A stretch of 62,987 nt of DNA, counting the filler, from Octopus bimaculoides (taxonomy: Eukaryota): NCBI RefSeq assembly GCF_001194135.2. It is 8 parts of 7 records of this genome, joined end to end, with 100 filler letters (N's around TTAATTAATTAA, not from the genome) between each part and the next. Parts side by side here need not be neighbours in the genome. Positions count along the whole stretch, not along the records: positions 37,778 to 43,165 come from NC_068982.1; positions 43,266 to 57,136 come from NC_068983.1; 6 more parts are not named here. One strand, 5' to 3'. Numbering within the stretch: the stretch's first letter is position 1; each line of letters starts with the position of its first letter. The notes under the pieces are model-generated. The model saw nothing but the letters and a program-made list of their open reading frames with translations, was not told where the DNA came from and made no database searches. The translations under genes and the position numbers were made by a program. Below are positions 37,798-48,194 of this stretch, piece by piece.

Positions 37798-38130
37798 ATG
37801 GAAAACAAACCTCACCCAGCTATTCTGATTATATGTCTGTGCACACGTTTGAATGTGGTGTGTGCCAGAGGGTTTGCAAATCCAATGGGGGTCTTAAAAG
37901 ACATGTTAGGATCCACAATGAGCAGAACTTACTTGCAGGTATTGGTAGTGCAAATCAGAGGTGCAATCTGTGTGGGTGTTTTTTTCAAAACACTGTCTGG
38001 TTTAAAAAGCCACATCAGACGCCATGAAAGGGCTAAGGTGTAGGTGCAGGAGGTGGTCAAACTCTGTTTAAGGAGTAGACAACCACCATGTATGTATGTA
38101 TGTATGTATGTATGTATGTATGTATGTATA
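37798..38130 (+). mobile_element. LINE-like 3' end carrying two C2H2 fingers with an (ATGT)n tail
   Basis: FECGVCQRVCKSNGGLKRHVRIH and CNLCGCFF/KTLSGLKSHIRRH* (frameshift in a T-run), short UTR, then (tatg)n. RTE assignment is inferred. Confidence 0.5.
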
Positions 38131-38249
38131 CATACATACACACGTAGATATATATGTGTACATATAAATACATAAATACATTGGTTAGGCCCATTCACAC
38201 GGGTCAACCTCGCCACATTAGCCCACCTTTCAACGAACTAACTGAGCGA

Positions 38250-39415
38250 CAGCGCCTCCCTATCCACCTTTACTTTCCTTTTCAGGTGCAACCTGGAAAA
38301 CATGTCCTTGGCCGAAGATGAAAGTGCCTGTCTTCAACCCTTTCAGATGCGTCCACCACACAACCTTTTTCGCCATAGCAACCAGACAGAGAAAAACTGT
38401 CTGACCTCCCTGCCCAAAGGAAGGTGGCGGGACGATCATCACGATGGACTTGGACGATAGTCCGATCCGTCCCATATGCGAAAGCAGCTGTTCAACAAAG
38501 CTCCACAAGTCAGCAATGCCCGGGTACTGTAGAAGTGCTTACAGGTTGGTTTTATCGCTCTGCATGCATCTTGGACAGGACCGAATGACCGCACTTCCGT
38601 GCCTGTACAGCTTGTCTAGAACCGGCAGAGCCCCCCCCCCCGGTAACACTACCAGGTCAGGGATTTCTGGAAGTCATCCATGGCCCAAACGTTCTTCGGG
38701 AAAGACCAGCCAATCGATCATCCGCGACGGCCAGAGATTCCCCGAGGACGTCGTCGCTCTTGCGCTCCACTAATCCCCTATAGAACTCCATGGTGGAACT
38801 TCCACCGACTGCATTGTCCGATTAGCTGAGAGCTGTGAGCGCATGGAGACACTGTAAGGAAATGACTCCAACAGGACCAATGTTTCATCTGTAAAAAAAC
38901 TCTATGCGACACATCCACTTATAAGTTCGTAAGAGACAAGGCCGGTGTGTTTGTGTTTTGGCGAGGGAACGAGATCCCCGAACTGGGCACCAGCATGAGT
39001 AGATGGGAACTGTTCTGTTACCAATTACAGTAGACATCTACCAAGAGCTCACCGAACAAGTCTGGTACATGGGTATAAAGGTCGAAGGGCAGACCATCCA
39101 AACCCGGAGACCTAACTCTTGTGCAGCTAGACATCGCCTCACGAATATCTTCGGCTGTTATCAGCATTTCGTAGAACTCAGAATCTCTGGCGGAGAGAGC
39201 TGCAGCAGGCCGTCGACGTGAGAAGTAATATCCAACCCCGTCTTCGTACCGCCACATACAGTTCCCGAACCCCGTACAGTTCAGCGAAGTGCTGCCGAAA
39301 TCCCGCACACAACTGCTTGTATTCGTCTATCTTGCACCCGTCCCGCAACATCAAAGACTGAATTGTGGTTTTGTTGCCACGTTGCGCCTCAGCCACTCGG
39401 GCCCATCGGGCGGCT
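38250..39415 (-). mobile_element. Tx1/L1-clade LINE ORF2 fragments with the RT core deleted
   Basis: ITAEDIREAMSSCTRVRSPGLDGLPFDLY...ELLVDVYCNW (RT-proximal) and CPRC...LWSFVEQLLSHMGRIGLS...AKKVVWWTHLKG (C-terminal, paralogous to 21726-22016). Confidence 0.8.
38858..39016 (+). repeat. 159-bp segment identical to 42212-42370
   Basis: No mismatch found by eye between the two copies. Confidence 0.95.
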
Positions 39416-39808
39416 TTTGTTTCCTCGTGGTAATATGAATGATGATAACTACTACTATGAATTGCCTTAAAGCTAATATTTTGTCTATAATACAGACTCT
39501 GATGATTGTGAGGTAAAACTTTGTATAAACGATTTATTCATCAATCAAACACATGTAAGAGTGTATATACATTTTCATTCTTGCTTTTACTATATAAACT
39601 CTGAACACAGAGTATATGTAGATGGACAATCACAAGATATTTCGAAACGTAGTCATGATTTTTCTTCACGGGCGCATGTTTCAATTTATAAAGAAACACA
39701 TGAAGCATCGGTTATATGCTGTGCTCTATATACGGCAGAGCACGGCATATGTATGTGTGCGTGTACAACCTATAAATAAGCAGAGCAAATTTAACTATTT
39801 CTCCATAG

Positions 39809-39941
39809 ATTGAAAAAGATTCTGAACAGCAGAGGAGTCTACAAGTCTTTGACCAATCCCAGAGGAATAACTAACCAATCTGTTCATATAATCAACAAAC
39901 CCAGTAGCTACAGAGAACTGGGGCTACTAATTTTGCATACA
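39809..39941 (+). CDS. Candidate exon 2 of the unrecognised gene: R|LKKILNSRGVYKSLTNPRGITNQSVHIINKPSSYRELGLLILHT
   Basis: ttaac...tatttctccatag acceptor, ACA|gtaagt donor. Only the phase-2 frame is open. Confidence 0.4.
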
Positions 39942-40191
39942 GTAAGTGTTTAAACTTTTATTTAATATTAGGGTCTGTCAACGGGGATCTCAGTCCACAC
40001 CGAATTTTCGACTTAGAAGCCTTTGCCAGACAAACATACATAAATACATATATATTCTCATAATTTCGTAAAAATTTGCTGTGACTCTTGAACGTAAACA
40101 AAAAAATATGTGGCTTTTTTTTATCAAACAACCTGCCTAATCCTGGTATATATAAAAACAATATTGGTCAAAATGTTCTCTTAGTTTTCAG

Positions 40192-40281
40192 ATTGCTGAA
40201 TGTGATTTGAGAGAAATTTGGTTACAAATTCCAACAAACGAGACAATCACGTACGGATTGCTTCCTTGGTTCATTAAATAA
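40192..40281 (+). CDS. Candidate exon 3 of the unrecognised gene: IAECDLREIWLQIPTNETITYGLLPWFIK*
   Basis: gttctcttagttttcag acceptor, phase 0 consistent with exon 2. The other two frames stop within a few codons. Confidence 0.33.
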   Translation: MAECDLREIWLQIPTNETITYGLLPWFIK

Positions 40282-42276
40282 CTATGGACTGTGTAATCAG
40301 GAGGACAACATAATTCCAAAATGCAAATGCATGAAAATATTACCAATAACAGATCTAATCACGATGTGAATTCCGGATTCCTAACTGGAAGGCATTCTAT
40401 GAACCCGATTAGTTGTGTGACACCTAAAATGACGATATCACCTTGTAAATTTGACGTTGGAAATCTCAAATTTTAGTATCACCGATACCTAATGTAGAAA
40501 TAGAAATTATCAAATATTGTCGGCTTATATAAGCTGATATGAGATCATATATAGAAAACTAGTCAAATTCCATGTGCATATATCATCCAGAAGGAGTCAT
40601 AAAAATGTTTATTGGTGGCCTTTTCGTTTAACTCTGAAACATGTCTTGTAGATTTCAAATTTTATTTCGCTCACAAGTTGAAGTCATATTAATCGGTTGG
40701 AGAGAAATGTGAGAAGAAAACAAACTAATGTAACGTTTGATGCATCAGTGGTATTAAAACGTTCATGGATTTTCCTAATAGCAAAAGCTGTATATGAGGT
40801 AAGATGGAGTCAAACAAGAATGGACGTTGAGTTAAATCCTAAAGCTGGTATTTACAACCAATTTAAAGTTGTGTAAAATGAAAAGGAGAAATACCCTCAA
40901 AATAAGACCACAAAAGATCGAGTAACAGAATCAATGGAAGGTTCAAGATTTCGAGTTGATGTGTTTCTGTAAGTACAAGGAAGCTACATCGTGTGCGAGA
41001 TATGAAACACGGTGTGTTGCAATGTTCATGCCTTTATCGACATTAGTTTTTGATCCTTCAGTGAACAGTAGTATCGATGAGTCGTTATTGTTGCAGTTGT
41101 TGGTGGTGATANNNNNNNNNNNNNNNNNNNNNNNNNNNNNNNNNNNNNNNNNNNNNNNNNNNNNNNNNNNNNNNNNNNNNNNNNNNNNNNNNNNNNNNNN
41201 NNNNNNNNNNNNNNNNNNNNNNNNNNNNNNNNNNNNNNNNNNNNNNNNNNNNNNNNNNNNNNNNNNNNNNNNNNNNNNNNNNNNNNNNNNNNNNNNNNNN
41301 NNNNNNNNNNNNNNNNNNNNNNNNNNNNNNNNNNNNNNNNNNNNNNNNNNNNNNNNNNNNNNNNNNNNNNNNNNNNNNNNNNNNNNNNNNNNNNNNNNNN
41401 NNNNNNNNNNNNNNNNNNNNNNNNNNNNNNNNNNNNNNNNNNNNNNNNNNNNNNNNNNNNNNNNNNNNNNNNNNNNNNNNNNNNNNNNNNNNNNNNNNNN
41501 NNNNNNNNNNNNNNNNNNNNNNNNNNNNNNNNNNNNNNNNNNNNNNNNNNNNNNNNNNNNNNNNNNNNNNNNNNNNNNNNNNNNNNNNNNNNNNNNNNNN
41601 NNNNNNNNNNNNNNNNNNNNNNNNNNNNNNNNNNNNNNNNNNNNNNNNNNNNNNNNNNNNNNNNNNNNNNNNNNNNNNNNNNNNNNNNNNNNNNNNNNNN
41701 NNNNNNNNNNNNNNNNNNNNNNNNNNNNNNNNNNNNNNNNNNNNNNNNNNNNNNNNNNNNNNNNNNNNNNNNNNNNNNNNNNNNNNNNNNNNNNNNNNNN
41801 NNNNNNNNNNNNNNNNNNNNNNNNNNNNNNNNNNNNNNNNNNNNNNNNNNNNNNNNNNNNNNNNNNNNNNNNNNNNNNNNNNNNNNNNNNNNNNNNNNNN
41901 NNNNNNNNNNNNNNNNNNNNNNNNNNNNNNNNNNNNNNNNNNNNNNNNNNNNNNNNNNNNNNNNNNNNNNNNNNNNNNNNNNNNNNNNNNNNNNNNNNNN
42001 NNNNNNNNNNNNNNNNNNNNNNNNNNNNNNNNNNNNNNNNNNNNNNNNNNNCATTACGTAAGAATATTCATTATAGACATTTTTTGTCTTAAAACACTGT
42101 ATCTTGATTGGTTGAGGTGGTCGAAAACTTTTGCACGGCTATTTTTGGTGGTCGTCATGCATCTTCCCCTCTCATTCAGAACCCCTACTACAAAATATAA
42201 TGATTAGGTATGGAAATGACTCCAACAGGACCAATGTTTCATCTGTAAAAAAACTCTATGCGACACATCCACTTAT

Positions 42277-43165
42277 AAGTTCGTAAGAGACAAGGCCGGT
42301 GTGTTTGTGTTTTGGCGAGGGAACGAGATCCCCGAACTGGGCACCAGCATGAGTAGATGGGAACTGTTCTCGGTGTGTGGGAAGCTGGTGGGACACTACC
42401 CGATTGCAGGATGGCTCTGTACAGCATGTAGCTTCATCAAGAGACGAGCCGAAGGAACGAAGTGGAACGATAGAATGGGGGAGAAAACGACCGACATAAT
42501 GCAAGAAGTCTTGGTCAGAGTGAGAGCATAGGATACAGTGAGGGGCAGTTGGTATGTTCCCAAATCAAAGAGCGGGATCGTATAGTGTGACGCCAGTAGC
42601 ATCGCAATAGGGATTGTCTTGGAAATGGGAGGCACCGTGGTGGAAGATGCAGCCTGGCTCAGGAAGATGGATGACTGCAACCATATCGATGTGGCGGAGT
42701 TGGATGCTGTTTTGAAGGGGGTGAACCTGGCTTTGAAGTTGGGGCTGCCAGAGAATGCAAAGCAGGCTGTGGCTGCAGAATGCTGTCTGAGTGACTCGGA
42801 GGTGAGGAGACTGCATACCATGCATCACATGGGAGTGGACAGGACGTTGTTCCTAGCCAGGAAAGTCGACTCCGATGTAACAAGACGGAGCATACAGAGA
42901 GTGGTTAGCAGCTGTGACAGGTGCCAGTCCATCGACTCTGCTCCGGGCGTACATGAGGCAGGGAAGTATTCCAGTGGATCACAACTGGGAACGACTGGCA
43001 GTGGACATAACACACTACCGGCAGGGGACGTACCTCTCAATAGTTGACTGCGGACCGGGGCGGTTGGCCATATGGAGGGAGAGGAAGACGGGAACCGCAG
43101 AGGAAATCGCGAGAGTATTAAATGAGATATTCCTGGAACGAAGCCCTGTGGATGAGCTGCTTCTG
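42277..43165 (+). mobile_element. Gypsy/Ty3 pol fragment (RT end, RNase H-like, integrase Zn finger and start of core)
   Basis: RGNEIP, CGKLVGHYPIAGWL, CDASSIAIG..LEMGGTVVEDAAWLRK..HIDVAELDAVLKGVNLALK, HTMHHMGVDRTLFLARK...CDRCQSID, WERLAVDITHY. Confidence 0.9.
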
Positions 43166-43265
43166 NNNNNNNNNNNNNNNNNNNNNNNNNNNNNNNNNNN
43201 NNNNNNNNNTTAATTAATTAANNNNNNNNNNNNNNNNNNNNNNNNNNNNNNNNNNNNNNNNNNNN

Positions 43266-43465
43266 GCCGGCCGGCAGAGAGGTCGGACGTCCAGCCCAGA
43301 GCTCTCTCACAGAAGGCGTCTCAGCAACCAATTTAAGGCTGCCTATTTCCTCCAGAAATAAATATTGTTGTGTTGATAGTTCGGAGTCAGCGTTTCGTTG
43401 TTATTTAGAATTGAATATAGGAAAGCAGGTGTACACCTAATGGTGTATAACCACTTTCCTAAAAG
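43266..43465 (+). mobile_element. LTR (3' part, 5' part lost in a gap)
   Basis: Contains AATAAA, is followed by a PBS-like tRNA complement, and is the reverse complement of 29775-29940. Confidence 0.7.
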
Positions 43466-43499
43466 TGGTGACCCTCCGACGTGATTCAAACACGCAGCC
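43466..43499 (+). other. Primer-binding site / tRNA-Trp 3'-end complement (about 32 nt)
   Basis: TGGTGACCCTCCGACGTGATTCAAACACGCAGCC versus the reverse complement of the eukaryotic tRNA-Trp 3' end TGGTGACCCCGACGTGATTTGAACACGCAACC (recalled sequence). Confidence 0.75.
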
Positions 43500-44193
43500 C
43501 AACGCAAAAAGTTAACATTACTTTCCTAAATGCTCATCAGTGCATCATTTCTCAAATACCTTACAATATAAATATCCATTTCACTAGCAGTTGCTTTCAA
43601 ATTAGCTCTATTAGCCACATGACTGGGTCCTTTGCTAGAGTATAGTTATAGAAGTATAAATGTTTTGATTAGATGTGTTGCAAACTTTGAGCTCTTGGAA
43701 TTTCATTTAATCTCTTTGCCAAATATATTTTATGCTTAACCTTTATAAAAATTATTTAAAAAATGAAAAACAGTGAAATGTAAATAATGTTGTGAATTTC
43801 TTGAAATACGATAAAGTATGAAATATATCTTGTTTACATCATAGTTATCGTACCATAGTGTTGTATTTTGAGATCATATTCCAATTATGACAGACGAGAC
43901 ACAAAGAGCCCAAATAATCTAGAAATTAAGTAGATCTGATGACAGCTAAATTACTATTTGGCTAAAACTTCATAATATCATTCCAGGTCATATTGATCCT
44001 GTCTCAAGTGACTTTGATAGACTTCTTCTGCTACTGGTCACTATATCTTTTAATTTCAATGACTGAAAGACTTTTCTGTTTGTAGAAAATTATTGTCAAT
44101 GGTGATAAATCTCTTCTAAAATAATATTTAAGAAAAGCATCTACTTTGGTTATATAATTATCATTTACCCTTTTCTTATATCATTCCTTCTAG

Positions 44194-44274
44194 GTATGAT
44201 CGGTTTGTTGTCCTAGCTGTATTTGCTAGCACCATGCTGGCACAACTTGGTGCATTATTCATCATCAAAGAAAG
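44194..44274 (+). CDS. SLC30A6: Zinc transporter 6, internal exon (81 nt): G|YDRFVVLAVFASTMLAQLGALFIIKE|S
   Basis: ttccttctag acceptor, AG|gtatat donor. Translation closely matches human ZnT6 GFERLEVLAVFASTVLAQLGALFILKES as I recall it. Phase 2/2. Confidence 0.95.
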
Positions 44275-45660
44275 GTATATCACACTAAATTATTTAAACA
44301 AGACAACAGTTCGTTATATGTTATTGTGACGTTGATAATTTTTTTTGTACTTAAACTCTATTTACTATTCTGATGCAAAATATCAGTTACAGTTTTCTCT
44401 TGACCATTCATCCAGTTTTGTCTGAAATAAACTGATTTCAACATTAGAAGTCACTAATCCTTTTGTCAATTTCCAGTCATTTTGATACTTTAACCCTGTG
44501 TCATTTTTGTTTTCTCTTCTATTACATGCGCTTTTGCTAGCTAATTGGAAAGGTTTTATATTGCACAGCCTATAGCCACTAGTATACCACAGCAACCAGC
44601 AAGCACTTGCCTACTCTGCTTTCAGATAGGTGCAGTAGAAAGTTTTAAATGCTTTGTCCTTGGTTTATAATAGAATCAGTAAGTGTATTTCAATACACAA
44701 TTCTTCAACTGTGAGGCTGCTAACATCCACTCAACCATTCTGATTTTTCTCCTGCATAAGTCAATCTCTTGCAAATATTTTATGAATGAATCTATTCCAC
44801 AATTACTACTGAGTCTGACAACTTCAGCCACTTCCTTTCCTTAACAATTTTAACCATTCCTTCTTCCAAGTAACCTGTTGCAACATATACAATCTTCAGC
44901 AACTTGGCAAAGTCTTTAAGGCATCAGATTGAATGACTCACTGTATCTGTTTGACTCTCTGTGGTCTGAATTCAAATCCTACCAAGGTCAGTTTTGCATG
45001 TCATCCTTTTTTTGTGAGTTGACAAAAAAGTGTCAATCCAGGATGATGAATTGGCAGGATTGTTAGGGCATCAGATAAAATGNNNNNNNNNNGAATTGAC
45101 AAAAAAGTGTCAATCCAGGATGATGAATTGGCAGGATTGTTAGGGCATCAGATAAAATGTCTTGTGGTATTTGACCCAGCTTTTTACATTCTTCAAATCC
45201 GGCTGAGGTTTGATAAAATACCTCCCCTCAGAGATTACTGGTCTTGAGCCTAAACATTACAAATATTCATCATCATCATCATTCCAACATGTTTATGCAA
45301 GTTTCTACTACACCTTCATATTCCTTAGGTATGTGCAGTATTATCTTTCAAGATCATAGAATTATATTTATATGCTACCTAAGTTTTACATTGCTGTGAG
45401 GTTTGGTTTGTTGTTTTCGATGTTATTTTAGTGCTTTGTCTATCATGTAGAGTATGTGCAATGTGGGATGTATTATTTCCTTGGTTGATGTTTGCATTTT
45501 ACATATGCTGTGTGATTGTTATGTATTTCAGTGTGAGGCAGAGATTGTGTAGAATATGTGTTGTGTGGTTTTTATATTGTGATTAATATTGGTATTATTT
45601 AACACTTGCTTAATGTTGATAGTAAAGTTGGTAAATTGGTAAATTTTGTTTCTTTCTTAG

Positions 45661-45696
45661 CATTGAAAGATTTATTATGCAGCCTGAGATACATAC
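45661..45696 (+). CDS. SLC30A6: ZnT6 exon (36 nt): S|IERFIMQPEIH|T
   Basis: tttctttcttag acceptor, AC|gtaagt donor. Matches human SAERFLEQPEIHT. Phase 2/2. Confidence 0.93.
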
Positions 45697-46361
45697 GTAA
45701 GTTTCTTAGTTATATATTTTATTTTTCAAACTTCATATTTTAACTATAGAATTTGTCATTGCATGTGTGTCTAACAAGAATGTTTTCTAGTTGCATTATA
45801 TGGCACAATGTCTATTACATTAGGTTGCTGTGTCTCTGAGATTACAGGATCAGGGATCGAAACATTCAAAACGTTTTCTTTTAATCCAGTGACTTCCTGT
45901 TTAAAGACATTACTAACCTCACTTTAGAAATAAAGGTTCCTTGTTTGAATCCAATCTTGGTTTATGTACATATCCAAGAATAAGACAGCTGATGGTTGTC
46001 AGATATTAAGTGGATGAAAAATTTAATGTAGATATTGTTAAAATACACTCTAAAGATGAGGTTAAGAGTCCATAAAACCATAATCTTAAAAATTCACGAA
46101 GCTAATTTTGTAAAAGAGTTTTGATACAGAAATATAACTAATCAAACTGAATACTGTAAAACATTACTTCTAGTTCTTAGCCACTATACTGTTTGATAAT
46201 TAATGCATCCTTCATCATATTATCTTGTTTGGAAACAAACAGGTGACAGGAAGACAGAAAATCTGCCTCAACAAATTCTGTCTGTTTCATGCAAGCATGG
46301 AAAAATGGACATTAAATGATGATGGTGCTGATATATATGTGTGTGTGTGTGTGTGTGTGCA

Positions 46362-46525
46362 ATTTGTTGTTTCTGGGGGGGAGTCATTCTCTTTTAGTGC
46401 CTTATTATTTAACACACTTACTGGTAAAGTTTCCAGTTATTTACTCATGAGTGGAAACTTTACCGGTGAGTGTATTAAATAATAAGGCACTAAAAGAGAA
46501 TGTCGCTCCCCAGAAACAACAAAAT
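46362..46525. repeat. Long inverted repeat (two arms of about 74 bp, 16-nt loop)
   Basis: Arms 46362-46435 and 46452-46525 are reverse complements with roughly 90% identity by eye. Confidence 0.95.
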
Positions 46526-46603
46526 ACGCTTCAACACACGAATTCACATAAAGAATCTTGCAAACCAAATCCCAAAACGAAGTATATATAATCTTTTCTG
46601 ATT

Positions 46604-46646
<43 letters not shown>

Positions 46647-46648
46647 AG

Positions 46649-46792
46649 CGGTCGTCTCCTTTTAGGTACAATTTTAGCATTTGTTGTACACATGGTTGTC
46701 ACATATAGCATTAACAACCGTGCAATGAATCATGTTGTTGCCGCTTCTAGTTCCAGTTGGCTTCAAGAACATATGACAGATATGAGTGAAAG
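46649..46792 (+). CDS. SLC30A6: ZnT6 exon (144 nt): T|GRLLLGTILAFVVHMVVTYSINNRAMNHVVAASSSSWLQEHMTDMSE|S
   Basis: About 39-nt poly-T tract then gcag acceptor, AG|gtaaat donor. Matches GRLLVGT...AASTSWLQEHVADLSRS. Confidence 0.95.
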
Positions 46793-47706
46793 GTAAATTA
46801 TTTGTTTGTCACAATTTCATCAAGAGTTCCCTAACTTCAAGGGAGACAACTAAATATTTTTGAATATCATTATCAATGCTTATTGGTGAATCGACTAAAT
46901 TCTTCGATAAAGGGCTCTGCTTGAAACGATATACAGGCATACCTCAACTTCAACCTGTTTATCCAACTTTACGTGATCTCAACGAACATATTTAAAAGCC
47001 ACCTTTCGAGATCAATAAAATAAAAACCAGTTGTAATCGACCTACCCCTCCCCCGAAATTGCTGACCTTGTGTCAAAATTTCAAAATAAAATGTTAGTAA
47101 CAGGGATATTACAATTATGTCTAGTATATGAATATTACTGAATTTACTAAATATAGTAAATTAAGTTATATTAAACTTACTACTATGATATGAGATGGAG
47201 AAATGTCAGAAAATAGAGATTTATCCAAATTCATGGTCAAATATATTTAAACAACATAGCTATATATTTTTAAAGGATCATGATGATATTGGTCAAATGT
47301 ATTCCTTCATATGTCCATATATGTGTAAGAATTTCAACTCAGTACATAAAGACGGACAAAATGCCACTGATTCTGCCAGCTCACTGCCCTAGGCACTAGA
47401 GTAATTGCTAGAAATGTATAAATTATACGATGTGCCACATACAGTATATTCCAAATATATATATTTTACATTTATTACAAATATACTAAAGTTTATACAA
47501 AATAAATATACTAAGTGACCAATAACTTTAATCAAACTACTCATCCTGCTAAAAATTGCAATCAAATTACACCATAATCTTAAGAAAGAAGAACACATTT
47601 GATAATTCAGTTTTAGATGCAATACCCCACCTCCTCCCAAGAAGAGGCAAGGTGGTCATGGCTGAATGTCTTTGATCATCAGTTTGCTCAGTCAGGACTG
47701 ATAGGT

Positions 47707-47935
47707 TTAACCCTTTAGCATCTAAACTGGCCATATCCGGCCAAAAGTATTCTGCCTGTTTTATGTTCAAACTGGTCAGATCTGGTCTCTCACACCAACC
47801 CTACAATGTCGTTTTAAAAATTAACAGCTACCTCATCAAAATCTCATAGCTACAAGATAATGCATGATTAGTTCAAAACAATGTGGATGAAAAAGCATTA
47901 ATTTTGGTAGAATAATGCAAACACTAAAGGGTTAA
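47707..47935 (+). mobile_element. piggyBac-type MITE in an SLC30A6 intron
   Basis: TTAA-CCCTTTAG...CTAAAGGG-TTAA ends. Non-coding, about 220 bp. Confidence 0.85.
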
Positions 47936-48074
47936 ACAACAACACTTAAAATTATATAAAATTATATAAAAATCAAAATAATAACAAGGATTTAATAATT
48001 GTCAATAACTTTGTGTTCTGTTTCAGAATATTTTGTAGAATTTTTAAAATTGTTTAATTACATTCTTTTGACAG

Positions 48075-48194
48075 TTTATGCCATGTGATACCAGGTCTGA
48101 GTAAACTCCTCCTTCCTCGACTCAACCCATTTGCTCTAATTGCATTTGCTGGTGCAATTGCGCTTTTCAGCACCCATGTACTCATTGATGCAAA
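48075..48194 (+). CDS. SLC30A6: ZnT6 exon (120 nt): S|LCHVIPGLSKLLLPRLNPFALIAFAGAIALFSTHVLIDA|K
   Basis: ttcttttgacag acceptor, AA|gtaagt donor. Matches LCGIIPGLSSIFLPRMNPFVLIDLAGAFAL. Confidence 0.95.

Noticed and set aside
40690-40800. Open frame NRLERNVRRKQ...AKAVYE ending at GAG|GTAAGA
   Set aside because: No acceptable acceptor after the upstream in-frame stop and no ZnT6 similarity.
45019-45140. Apparent tandem duplications flanking 10-N gaps (also about 31050-31150, 35850-35880, 52733-52775)
   Set aside because: These are identical overlaps either side of minimal gaps, the typical result of unmerged contig ends.
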